64,000 nt of DNA, taken from Botryllus schlosseri. Its lineage: Eukaryota. Every line of letters starts with the position of its first letter. The stretch's first letter is position 1. Positions 52,632 to 64,000 of the stretch are shown one piece after another. Position numbers and translations under genes: made by a program. The notes below the pieces were generated by a model. It was not told where the DNA came from. It did no database searches and saw only the letters and a program-made list of their open reading frames with translations. The stretch spans positions 31,374,001-31,438,000 of the forward strand of contig CM119372.1 of the NCBI GenBank assembly GCA_051294905.1, read 5' to 3'.

Positions 52632-53590
52632 GGCATATATACACCGGCTCATGATATACATCCACACGATCTGTGCATATGTATAGTAAATGAGTAGTAG
52701 GGGTCTTCAAAAATGACTTTCTTTGTCAAATCGTACTGGCTACTTAACAAAATTGTCAAGTTACCTAATTTAAGCCTACACACCAAATTTGGTTCAATTC
52801 TAACCAGTAGCCGCATTGCTACAGGAGAAGAGAGTTTCTATTTATTATATAACAATAACTAACAAAAAATTTGAAAATTTTCTGTTCACCCCATGAAAGT
52901 GTTAGGTTGTGTATAGAAACGATGTTCACCAAATTTGGTTCAATTCCAACCAGTGGAAGCGGAGTTATTGCCGTCGAAAAATTTGGATTATGAATAAAAC
53001 AGTATTTACGGTGACCAATTCTGTAATTATTTATTATAGTGGTGCCCACTGTAAACACTATTTTATTCATAATCCAAATTTTTCGACAGCAATAACTCCG
53101 CTTCCACTGGTTGGAATTGAACCAAATTTGGTGAACATCGTTTCTATACACAACCTAACACTTTCATGGGGTGAACAGAAAATTTTCAAATTTTTTGTTA
53201 GTTATTGTTATATAATAAATAGAAACTCTCTTCTCCTGTAGCAATGCGGCTACTGGTTAGAATTGAACCAAATTTGGTGTGTAGGCTTAAATTAGGTAAC
53301 CTAACAATTTTGTCAAGTAGCCAGTACGATTTGAGAAAAAAAGTCATTTTTGAAGACCCTAATGAGTAGCCTACATTATGCGCATATGCCTCTGGACAAG
53401 AAAGATGCAGATATGGCCTTGTAAGGCATTCTAAGTCTTGCACTGCCTCTCCATGCTATCCCGGTCATGCAGAGTGCCAAGCGGGAAAGTCATGAATACC
53501 AGTGTTACTAATCACGGTTTTGGTCTGACACGGTCGGGGATTGAACCTGCGACCTACCGATCAAGAAGCCGGACTCTCCACCATTGGCCG
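52632..53590 (-). mobile_element. tRNA-derived SINE split by the hAT hairpin MITE
   Basis: A/B boxes (TGGTGGAGAGTCCGG; GGTTCAATCCCC) on the minus strand; halves 52632-52697 and 53362-53590 rejoin to match the 3228 copy. Confidence 0.75.
52698..53361. mobile_element. Palindromic hAT MITE, full-length copy, inserted into a SINE
   Basis: TSD ATGAGTAG; ~320-bp near-perfect inverted arms; diverged relatives at ~2390-2797 and ~55050-55561. Confidence 0.9.
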
Positions 53591-54714
53591 GTACCATTAT
53601 TTCCATGAACACAGATATCCACCCGATACATCGGCTAGCTGATAACAATATGGTCCCATCATAACTCTACTACTATGATCTACTAGAATTAGAAAGTCGA
53701 TTAGCAACATAAGTTTGGAATAGAGTGATTTTGGCAATATGAATTACAGAATAAAAGAAAACAATCTAAAAAGTAGTATATTGAGTTTCAGCCCTCTCTT
53801 CGCCTCAATTATTCAAATTTTTATGTCTGTGACATCATGTTTGGAGATACAATTGTTGATGTATATTGTTTATTTAGATTCAACTATACTACTTCTCAAT
53901 TTTCCAATGAGCTCTATAGCCCATCAGCTATAACATATGTAACATATGCAAAACGGAAGCATTTCAAAAATCTACGAGCCCAAGATTACAGAATAGACTT
54001 TGATGTTAATATTTGACATAAAGCTCTTTAACCAGTGCAATATCGAAATTGAGCCGTAGTTACATCCAGCGCAGATCCAACATGCCAATTTACAAGATAT
54101 TTTGACACTAATTAAACAACCCGCAACGCAGTTCGAACACACTTTGAGTCCACTTTTGCTCGAAGAAAAAGCAACAATTGCTGTGAAGGTTGTGACGAGA
54201 AGATTTTGAGCGCGATTGGCGAGTACATACCCTGTAGAATAGGGATTATCGACCCGCACTGTTATAAGGATGAAGTCTTGACAACGCTTCTGACCAGAAT
54301 ACAACAAGTGATGCACCGTCACCGCCATCCAATCAAACAACCAATCAATCAATATTTCAACGAGTGCCAGCGTAACGAGTAGTTATATAATGTCATACTT
54401 CATTCTTGTTGGGATAATTGTACCGTTTCTTGCCATGTGGAACGTATTACTGTCTCACAATGTCGGTTCACCACCATTAATATACGGATACAATTTTGGG
54501 TCATGGCAGAAAAAGGTCAAGAACCACTGGATTAAATGATCATGAATTCGTGAAATAGACGTAGAATACCTTACCAGGAAAATAGGAATGCATTATTTAC
54601 GCCTCACATAATCTACATTTAGATCTACGATGACATATTTAACGATTGTGCAAGGGGATGGTATTGCATTTTAAAAGGCATTTTTCACTCTAAAATCAAA
54701 GTATTCAATCTCAC

Positions 54715-54870
54715 GTTTTCCAAGGGCAGTTGCCGTTGCACGCGGGTTTTCTGTGGTTCGGTCGCCGGGGTGTTTTGTGGTACTTGTAGTGTCGGTCTGC
54801 TTTTTGGTGTGTACCCTTGCGAAGGCGCTGCGTGCACGGGGGCACCTTCAGAATCGGTGGTGGCGTGGCT
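54715..54870 (-). CDS. Exon (SHATTDSEGAPVHAAPSQG...QLPLEN)
   Basis: ttttcag| and |gtgaga; 156 nt, phase 0-0. Confidence 0.7.
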
Positions 54871-55786
54871 CTGAAAATTGCATAGGACTGTCTGTTGAGT
54901 GCTGCACCATTTCACTGAATGAGGTACAATATATTGAGACAACTGTATAGCACAGGTGCATGGTCGATCGACTACAAACTGCCCGTCAATCACTGGTAGC
55001 TCATGTCAATGACAAAAAAGGTATAACAAGAGTGTTGATTAAGAATTTTTTCAAAATTTTACTGGCTATTTGATAAAATTGATGGGTTGGTTGAAAAAAA
55101 AGATGTAAACCAAATTTAGCTCAATTCCAACCTGTAGAAGCAGAGCTATTATTTTCAAATTTTACTGGCTACACCATGTATTGTTAACATATCTGAAAAA
55201 CACTGTATAGCAAATTTCGCTCAAACCCGTAGACATGAAGATATCGGAGTGCAATTTTTGTGATATTGGCAAATTATTCAATTATTCGTTGTAGAATCTC
55301 CCATCGTATATACTAGGCTATCGTTTCAAATCAAAAATTTCCCACTCGAATAACTTCACTTCTGCCAATTAGAATTGAGCCTGATTTGCTATGCACTGTT
55401 TTAGACCCCTTGACAAGTTCATTTTAATTTAAAATTTTAGTGAAATAGCTTTTTTTCTGCAGCTTAAAATTGAGCCAAATCTGGTGCGCAGCGTTTTTAT
55501 ACCAACCTCACAATTTTATCCAATAGCCAGTAAAATTGGAAGAAAATTTTAAACAGCCCTAATGTGCGTGGTACATGGCTATGGCTAACTGCGAGGGAAT
55601 CATAATGTAAGTAGATAGCACTCTGAAAAGTGTACAAGTTAGAAATCCTCCTGCTACTACAATAATATATACAGAGACAGTTAAAGTGGGAATTGATGAT
55701 ACCAGGTGGATATATGAAGCAATAACTTATACACGTATTGGAGTTGGATCTGGGGGGAATCGATAGAGTTACTAATATCAGAATAC

Positions 55787-56166
55787 CTTCACACTAGTCC
55801 GTTCAATATGGTCGCCGACACGGTGGTCGTATGTTAACTCAATGCCATCACCGGCGGTGTTATTTTGATGAGTTTCTTGGATCCTCATTCGTTTCGACTC
55901 TCTCTTCCCCCTGAAGTAAAGCGAGATTGATACTTTCTCATTACGTTGAAATGCCAAGTCATCATACACGTGTACTCTGGGAGGCTGCGGTTGCGATACC
56001 GTGGCATCCTGATGATATTTCTCTCTTTTAATCTCTGAATGCGATATTTGATGTGTAGGTGATTCGTTGTATTGTTGCCCTTGGTCTCTGTGCCTTTTAC
56101 GTTCGTCTCTTCTTTGATCTGGATTCAGAACACGATCATTGATGGTACTGAAGTAATGTAATGAAT
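55787..56166 (-). CDS. Exon (…INDRVLNPDQRRDERKRHRDQG…HIERTSVK); acceptor uncertain (56166 or 56147)
   Basis: Open frame from ORF 55778-56191, donor AAG|gtattc; 56166 chosen to fit phase 1. Confidence 0.55.
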
Positions 56167-56351
56167 CTATTCTCGAGTACAAGTTATACATCCATTACGG
56201 AAGTACTTTTAAAATGAAGATTGGGACAAGGCGTTGCAGACTTGTATAAGTGAATCGCTAGTGACGAAGTATGCGGCATATGAGCATGTAGCACTTCGGC
56301 GTGTTACACTTGAGTATGTGTACTTAAATTTGGCTTAGGGTTGGGTTAGGG

Positions 56352-57042
56352 CTGTGGTTCCAAAAGTGGGTGCCAGCGCTCCCCTGGGGGCTTTTGCGAC
56401 CGCGAAGGGGGCGCTAACTACGAAATGGTGGATCGGGGCGCATTGAGAATAAACATGGGCGCTATGGACTATAGGCAATAGTTTGCGAAAATCCATAAAT
56501 TAATAGCTATCTCTGTACACCAAAGTCAGATTTATGAATATGTGGTCTCGTCGTTCTCAGTTGTACAAGGTGCATTCAGTCGAAAATCGTCACCACCGCT
56601 GTCCGCAGATGTTCATTGTTATTAAATATTGAGTTTTCTAACTAAACAAACAATCAATCGAACAAGGAATAGACTAATTATTCGGCGCAAGTTGTGAGCA
56701 CGCATTCAAACGCATTTACGGGGACGATGAAATTTTAAGCACAATTCGCACCAAAACGAGTACAATGATTTGGAAGAAAAATTGCCTCGTACGATTGTTT
56801 TCACTGATTGTGTCTATCTTAGTATTTGTACAAAAATGTGACTCTGACATAGCACACATAACACATCTCGGACTGCCAACACTATAGATAAACACAAAAA
56901 GTCTCCGCGACGATGCACTGACTGCGCAATGAACCAAACAACTTTTTGTCTGGAGTAGGAGGGGGTTCAGGGGGCATACAATACCAGGTTTGCAGACCAT
57001 GGGAACAGAAAAAGGGAAACAGGAAAAGATAGGGAAACACAG
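56352..57042. mobile_element. Charlie-like MITE inserted in a TTAGGG-like tract
   Basis: CTGTGGTTCC ... GGAAACACAG; TSD GGTTAGGG. Confidence 0.7.
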
Positions 57043-57220
57043 GGTTAGGGTGTTAGGATTGGGGTTATAACGTCACATGCTCAATAGTAGATTTTCATTG
57101 TGTCGCATAATCAAATGTTTGGCATAAAAGCGAGTCATGGCTATGAATGAGTTAAGAACCACTGCTTTACAGGGATTAAAAAATGATTTAGTAAAATCAG
57201 TAGAAAATGCACTCCGATAC

Positions 57221-57326
57221 CTTTAGAGTCGATTTTAGAATTCTCTTTCTCTCCATCATGAATGGAGTTAATTTCGTGGTGCCTTCTTTCGTGCAGCTCT
57301 TCTTCCATACGTGCTTTTTCCAATGC
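57221..57326 (-). CDS. Exon (ALEKARMEEELHERRHHEINSIHDGEKENSKIDSK)
   Basis: atttag| and G|gtatcg; phase 0-1. Confidence 0.7.
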
Positions 57327-57819
57327 CTAAATACAAATTACCAAAAGTCTAATTTTTGTAAACAGGACGCCAACTCTTGTCTCACATTCCACCATGACAA
57401 AATATGTGGTAAAGGAACAGTTACGAGAAATATCGAGGGATGAGCAGAATCGTGTACCCGGGAGATTCAACACCAAATAAAGTATTAGGCTTCAAGTTGA
57501 GTCATATATTCGGATATCACATTTTCCGACACTTGATCAGTAAAGATGAGGCGGAAGTTCGAGTATGTACCGTCATGCAAACACAATGAAAATACTGTAA
57601 TGCCAGTTCGAAACCCACTAACGGATAATTTGGTATTTTTCAATCATACCAGGTCATTGCAATTAGTGACAATACTAGGGATTGTCATTTCAACAAATGT
57701 GCGTGGATGTTCACTACATCTTCTCGATGCTGTGATAGGACCAATCGAGGTGTCAAGACTGCCAGGCTGAGAAAAAAGTACTGAAACTACGATTCCCATT
57801 GATATCTCTTGTAGAGTGA

Positions 57820-58235
57820 CTCATACCCTGAAGCTTGATTCAGAACAGGCAAAGGCCATAAATTCTGCCATTGGCAAACATTTGTTGGATACCGTAATCC
57901 TATTTGCAAAAAAAATTATCCAGATTACACATTTCGTGTTGTCGAGAGACTTTTATCAAAACACGCCAACCAGGTGTGTGACTGCAGAAAAAGTTCGTGT
58001 ACCATCTAAAGATAGTATATCCAGCTTATACGCTTTCTTTGGGCCGATTATTCGAAATTTCATGCCGGTGACATCACATGTTAATATAAGATTGTTGATA
58101 TGCAGTTTCCAATTCTCTACTAGTTGCTGACGATCACCCCTGACGACTGTCAGCAGGAAATATTTGGGTTCATTCATATATGAATATACTATTCAATTGT
58201 ATACGGTACTTAAGTTCTGTACTTCCGAGAGGCTC
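57820..58235 (+). mobile_element. Penelope-like 3' fragment
   Basis: SEQAKAINSAIGKHLLD remnant plus the same 3' tail as the 5580 and 1395 copies. Confidence 0.8.
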
Positions 58236-58445
58236 TTAGTCGAAAGTGGATTATGATTTCAATAGCGTGTCCCTCAACTCGACTTAAACCATTACAATTA
58301 ATTCTCGATTCGGATTTGAGTACTCAAATTGTGCCCGACCATAGAAATAAATAGCTACAAAACACGCGGAGGGTTGATGATATGAGATTAGACTGAAACC
58401 GAATTAGCCAGGTCTTGGTAAAAAGTATTGCTTTATAAAACTTGC

Positions 58446-58652
58446 CCGTCTTTTCGCTTCCCTTTTTTCTTCCGCTCGTCTCTCTTTTTCCATGTGCCTT
58501 TCTCTTCGTCTTTCTTCTCTCTCTTTCTCCTTCTGCAATTCTCTCTCTTTCCGCAGTTCTCTCTCTGCCTCCTTTTCTTTTCTCGCTCTCTCCCGTTCTT
58601 GATGTCGTGCGGCTCGAGCTGCTCTTCGTTGCTCGCGTTCTTTGTCCAATTC
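58446..58652 (-). CDS. Exon, E/R/K-rich coiled-coil/SAH-like (ELDKEREQRRAARAARHQERERARKEKEAERELRKERE...EAKRR)
   Basis: gggtag| acceptor, non-canonical G|GCAAGT donor; 207 nt, phase 0-0. Confidence 0.75.
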
Positions 58653-59340
58653 CTACCCGAAATTTTATCAAATGCATCAAATATAATTCAAGGCTGTGCA
58701 GTACGCATAAACGACGAGTGTCAGCCAAAAATATTCGGGTTCATTTCAATATGAATATACTATTCAATTGTATAAACACAGACACACACAAACTAGGCCT
58801 AAGATTTATGCAACATTAAGTACTGAATTCAATGTCGTATATCATTTTTCGCAATTGCGATTGAATTCATCTGATTTAAAAATTGAAGTATGATAAAGCA
58901 CACGGCAGTTGATTTCGATACAAAATTCAAATCTTTAGATTATAATGTACTGATATTGGGTCCAGAAGACAGCAGGTCAAAAGGATTCGACTAAATTAAG
59001 CATTATGAAAATATTGTTTGATGACATTTCGAAGCTTCGAATTGCAATGAATCGTTTTAATCTCACAAAGATATACCTTAATTTAATACAAAATGTACTT
59101 GATCACTTGGATTACAGTCGTTCACAAAAAGTTACTTATTTAACTTACAAACGTGATTCGAAAACTGTAGAAGTGATATTGGAAATAGTCTGAAAACATC
59201 ACTACTCTAGAAGCTAGTGAAAGCAGACCAAACCCACTCCCAAAAGTAGACGTATTATGTTACTGACCGCCTCCAGTTCTCAGATATTAATCTGAAGCTA
59301 AAATCTGTGATGCATGTAACATTTTTCATGTTACCAGTAC

Positions 59341-59544
59341 CTGTGCGGCATTAACCTGGGCTTCTGCGTCCGTTTCCTTTTTTGTTCGTTTGTCTCGCTT
59401 CTGCATTTCCTGAGACTCATGCTTTCTGTGGCGGCCTTCTTTCCTGGCACGCTCTTCCTTCGCTTTCGATTTGGAATGTTTCAACTTTTCTTTTTGAGCC
59501 CGCTTCTCTCGAATTTGACGCTGTATCGGGGACTCCGCTAAGCT
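59341..59544 (-). CDS. Exon (SLAESPIQRQIREKRAQKEKLK...AQVNAAQ), charged
   Basis: ccgccccag| and |gtactg; 204 nt, phase 0-0, no stops. Confidence 0.75.
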
Positions 59545-59860
59545 CTGGGGCGGAGAAGAGCGGATTTAATGTCAAATATATATCAAGTTTCAAAGAAATC
59601 GTTAACCCTATTCTTATCCTAATCTGCTATCATCTATTCATATATCCATTCGTTTCAAATCTGTAGCCAAATTTCAATCGCATCGACAGAAAACTATGGA
59701 CGTAAAATTGTCGTAGTTTAGTCGATCCGAGTGTAATAAATAGGTTTGGAAACAGCAATACGAAAACTCGAATCTCCAGTCGATTATCGATTGCATTGAT
59801 TCGACTCAAGTGGTGAGAATCGTTTTTTATCAGTAAGTAATATATAGATACTACACTCAC

Positions 59861-60016
59861 AAGGATGGCTTTATGCATGTCCATCATAAGCTCACTCTCG
59901 GCAGAGGAAGAGGCGCCGCTGCTAGTTCGTTGCTTGTTGGAAGACAAGACGAGATCGAGCATTTGCTCGATGTGCTTCCCGTGCTCCCAGGCAGTGGCTA
60001 GAAGTTCCGCCAAAAT
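59861..60016 (-). CDS. Exon (ILAELLATAWEHGKHIEQMLDLVL...MDMHKAIL)
   Basis: ttacag| and |gtgagt; 156 nt, phase 0-0. Confidence 0.75.
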
Positions 60017-60313
60017 CTGTAATGATATCAAGTTCATACAAAATCGTGTACCTATGTTTGGCTATTGAAGTTGATGCTATTGATACTAATCACACAAAAA
60101 TATCGCATATTTGAAATATCAATTTTTTTATGACTCCTACACAAATTTCTTTTTTAAACACGACTATTTCTTTATCATCACACATAGTATGCATGGCTCT
60201 TTGCCGCATAATGAAGCCTGGCATAGTTATTTATTTGGCTCAGGTGAGCGTTTTATGAATTATTAATATTGGTCCTTACTGGATTCAGAAGCAGATTTGA
60301 AGTCAGTCTAGAT

Positions 60314-63188
60314 CAGAGGTCTCAAACTCAAATGTGCTCGCGAGCCAATTTCCTACTTTTCGATGGCGGGCCGCAGCACCAATAATAGGGGTTTCAATGT
60401 ATTCAATGTATAAGTAGGCCATATTTGACGGGACCTTGCAGACTCACATTCCACACGCATCGTGAAAATGTGATAGACTATTATGAATTCACGCCTGGCA
60501 CGACAAAAATTACAATTTTAAATATTTGAATAAAATTGTTGCTTTATTTGGCATAGCCTAGTTTGTCACAATAATTAGTTGTAGACACCATGCGAGAGTA
60601 CAAATGCATCAGGACATCGTAAAAGTTGTCGCGTTATAATTTTGAGGCTAGTGGACATTTGACGCAGGCGCGTAGCCAGAGGGGGGGTTTCGGGGGTCGG
60701 AACCCCCCACTTTTGAAACGCGAAACCCCTTCCATTTACGCGAAACCCCTCTCGATGCATTTCAATATTTCGTCGGTCGGTAGCACTAGCTAATTTGTAG
60801 CACGCTCTTGCGCAATGATATGACCGATACATATGATGGCCTTTTTCTCGCGTCTTCTCTCGTGTGCACAGTAGACGAGAGAGGGCTTTTTTTCACGTGC
60901 GTGCAAGGGAGACAAGGTCGTTATATCGTATAATGTAGTCACAGTCACAGTGTAGCTACAAATCGTCGCGTCGCTTTTCCGAACGCGCGTAATCAGTGTT
61001 AATAATATCGGATGTATTGCAGTATTCACCTCGCTGGCGACGCGTAATTCATAATTGTCGCGTGGTCCGGGATCTCATCAAATCTAGAACTCTATTAGGT
61101 CCATGCTTCAACAATTGGATGCTTAATCTCACGCATTCACCGATACACCGCAACGCAACTTTGATCTACAATTTGACGGCTTAATATCAACAAAGAACAA
61201 AGAAATAGCAACAGGTTATCTGAAGAACACTGTATTCAAACGGCATTCTTCAATCTACGCCAAAATCCTTCAAAACAGCCAGGCCAGGCTTGCGCGCGGC
61301 CAATTGGCCGGGCCTATTGGAGATGCGGTTCTTCAAGCCAGTAGAACTAGGCTTGTTAGAGACGTCATAAATCAGGCGAGGAACGATTGCACCCAGCACG
61401 GCAAAAACTAACGAGAATCGATCTCGCTGAGATGATTGCGAAATTAAGTCATCGATTGGCGCGCGCTCGGCAATCGTTGCTAGCCTGATTTATCACGTCT
61501 CTAACAAGCCTAGTTCTACTGGCTTGAAGAACCGCATCTGCAATAGGCCCGGTGCGAACTATACCATCGCCTGCACAATCGCATCTGCTTTGCCTGTCCC
61601 GCACCATATCATCGTTGGCTTACACAACAATCGCATCCGCAATATGCCTGATACTAAAGATATCATCGCTAGCCTAACGATCGCGTCTCAAGCCTAGCAT
61701 GCTTTGGCTCCTCTCTCTCGATGGATTGTATGCGGATTTGCGATTATGATTAAATAATGACATCGCTAAACTGAATGACATGGAATGTCCGCAATCGACC
61801 TCAAACATGTACGTGCGACGGTGCGTACATACTTGATTGATTTTCGCTAATACTTGAACATAACCATCGGAAGATGTGTGTCAATGCTTGAGTTATAAAA
61901 GATTAGAAAGGTTTGAAATTGAACCACCTGAAATCGGTGCCATTATAGAACAGATTCCATAACAACTCGGACATTTTGACTTGTGCAAATCGTCGCCGAG
62001 GTTACGTAATATGCGTTGATATGCGCGTAATACGCGTTGAGAAAGCTCGCGTATTCAATTGTTCGCGAGAGATCAGGGACTCGCTAATTAACAGCACTTC
62101 CGGACACGTTGGCAAGCTTATCATACGCGTAAGTTCGTCAACGCGAGGCGATTGTATAATCGTCATTTACGCATTACTTTACCCTAATGAATTGATGCTA
62201 TAAAAATCGAAACCCCGCCCTCTTCATTTCAAACCCCTCCCATATTTTTCGGCTGGCTACGCGCCTGATTTGACGTGCCACAATTATAGGTAGAATTTAA
62301 GAATTTTACAAAGATTGATCTGATATCAGAGCATTGGAGCAGTACAGCCTAATCCGGGTTTCGGGCACAGGCCTACTCCTGATAACTAGGCTATATTGAT
62401 CATGTCATTGCCTCAGTCAAATATATTCAGCGTCAGATTTACCTTCGAAATAGAACAGATCAATAACTACTTGAACATAATGAATACTGTGCCGTAGCAG
62501 TAGAAATGTGCAATCGCCGAAGAATTCATTGGTTTTACAGCTGTGAAGCATAGGCTACGACTACTTAATACTCGCCACATTTAATTGGCGATAATAACAT
62601 ATAAAAAGATACCCAAGATGACACAGAATGTAACCAACTATAGGCCTACATCAAAGGGGCAACATAATGCCAATGACGGTTGCCATACCGACCTGCTGAG
62701 ATATCTAAATAAGTTACGCAACGCAAGCTGCGAACTTTTTATATTTTACTGTTTCTCACACCAGTTTGATAGTTTGTTGCGTCCGTGGCTGTACCAAGTC
62801 ACGGCATTCTGAGTCACAAAAGTCCTTCTCTGATTGTAACGTTTGACGTGACGAGTACGAGTATGAGTATGAGTAATTTTACAGAAGGTCGCGCCCAAGT
62901 CCAAATCACAATTTTCAGTCACGAATCATTAACGGGTCATGTTTTACCGTCATGAACAAGTAATGTCACGTAATTGTTGATCTTCCACTTCGTGGTAACT
63001 TTTGAAAGTGATGTAATAGTGAAGTTTGATGAGTAGTTTCAGGCTTCTGGAGTAGTTTTAGAGCGAATTTCAAGTTCTCAAATTAAAAAAAGAAATTGGT
63101 CATTAAATATTGTCGAATACTTCGAAATCCAAAATGCCGTCGCGGGCCGCACAAAATGGTCTCGCGGGCCGCGTGTTTGAGACCTCTG
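60314..63188. mobile_element. hAT/Charlie-like non-autonomous element
   Basis: CAGAGGTCTCAAAC ... GTTTGAGACCTCTG; TSD GTCTAGAT (NTCTAGAN-type target). Confidence 0.9.
60665..62267. mobile_element. hAT MITE nested in the 60314 element
   Basis: CAGGCGCGTAGCCAG ... CTGGCTACGCGCCTG; TSD ATTTGACG; internal ~70-bp inverted repeat at 61308-61378 / 61482-61552. Confidence 0.9.
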
Positions 63189-63492
63189 GTCTAGATACAA
63201 AGTGAATTCATGATTTCGATCTCAAGATTAAATCCGAAATTAGGACTCGAAATTATCAAATCTGCTCATATCAGCTGCGTGCACAGCTTGGTTGGGCATT
63301 ATCAACCTCTCGCACTGGAGATAAATTTCTGTATTGAAATATTAATTACATTCAAACCCACAACTGGCACAACACATGGGTTTTCAGCTGAAAGAGTTCC
63401 CTACTCAATGGACTGCCAAGCTTCATGCCAAGTGGATTTTGCCGCTCATGTTATCTGACAGTGAAGGACCGAATATTCAAATTAAAACTGAC

Positions 63493-63703
63493 CTCTTGTT
63501 TTTCGTGTTGTTTCAATTCATTGTACTTGACTTCCTCCACTTCACCAGATTCGAGAAAACGAACGGCTTGAATGGATTTGATCGGAATTGCTTCTTCTGG
63601 TTTTTGACGGGTTGTGGCTTCTTTATCAGCTACATGTCTTCCTTTTGTCGATAGCAGTTCACCATGGTGCCCAGAATCAGTCAAAGCCTTGAGTCGGTGT
63701 GTT
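63493..63703 (-). CDS. Exon of large low-complexity protein gene (THRLKALTDSGHHG...LKQHEKQE); first exon visible in window
   Basis: Acceptor atcacag|, donor |gtcagt, open frame; ends phase 0, matching the next exon. Confidence 0.7.
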
Positions 63704-64000
63704 CTGTGATATTGATACAATTACGTGGGAAAGAATCGGCTATGAAGCTAAACTAATGATTCTGCGTTGAATCGACACATGATAAAGTAAGTAGAAATCA
63801 TAAAATTGAATTACGAATACTGTTTTATCCGAGTTTGATACAGAAATGCATAGGAAACTATACTTGAACTGAATTTTTCGGACTAGAAATTTGTTATGCT
63901 ACAACCTAATATGAGTCTAGCACAGGTGTTCTCAGCCCTTTCTTGGCCGTGGCCCATTTTCCGGCTTGAAAAAATGCTGTGGCCCACCTCTTATCTTGGA

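Noticed and set aside
52819..53241. Two near-identical 110-aa ORFs on opposite strands
   Set aside because: Artefact of the palindromic hAT MITE; no protein features.
58428..58819. Hydrophobic plus-strand ORFs (F/L/S-rich)
   Set aside because: Antisense shadow of the E/R/K exon.

Overview
AT-rich eukaryotic (invertebrate) genomic DNA. An ascidian-like origin is a guess from the 55-65 nt introns and the repeat landscape. (1) A long multi-exon gene on the minus strand encodes a low-complexity S/K/E/R/P-rich protein with an E/R/K coiled-coil stretch and no domain I recognise. I traced two largely phase-consistent exon chains (63703->46954 and 11135->750), separated by a ~35.8 kb gap that is probably one giant intron. 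One donor is GC-AG. (2) A BTB-BACK-Kelch (KLHL-like) gene lies in that gap on the opposite strand (31177-32796). (3) The gap and the introns are packed with nested non-autonomous DNA transposons whose ends and target-site duplications (TSDs) can be read directly: many hAT elements (8-bp TSD, one with a transposase remnant), Kolobok-like TTAA hairpins, 7-bp-TSD foldback hairpins and a Tc1/mariner-type element. (4) There are several 5'-truncated Penelope-like retroelements whose 3' ends carry a minimal hammerhead-ribozyme-like motif with an unusual conserved GCTGAC/GTCAGC pairing. tRNA-derived SINEs and a chimeric 28S rRNA fragment inside a MITE are also present. All coordinates were read by eye and may be off by a few bases; no searches were run.
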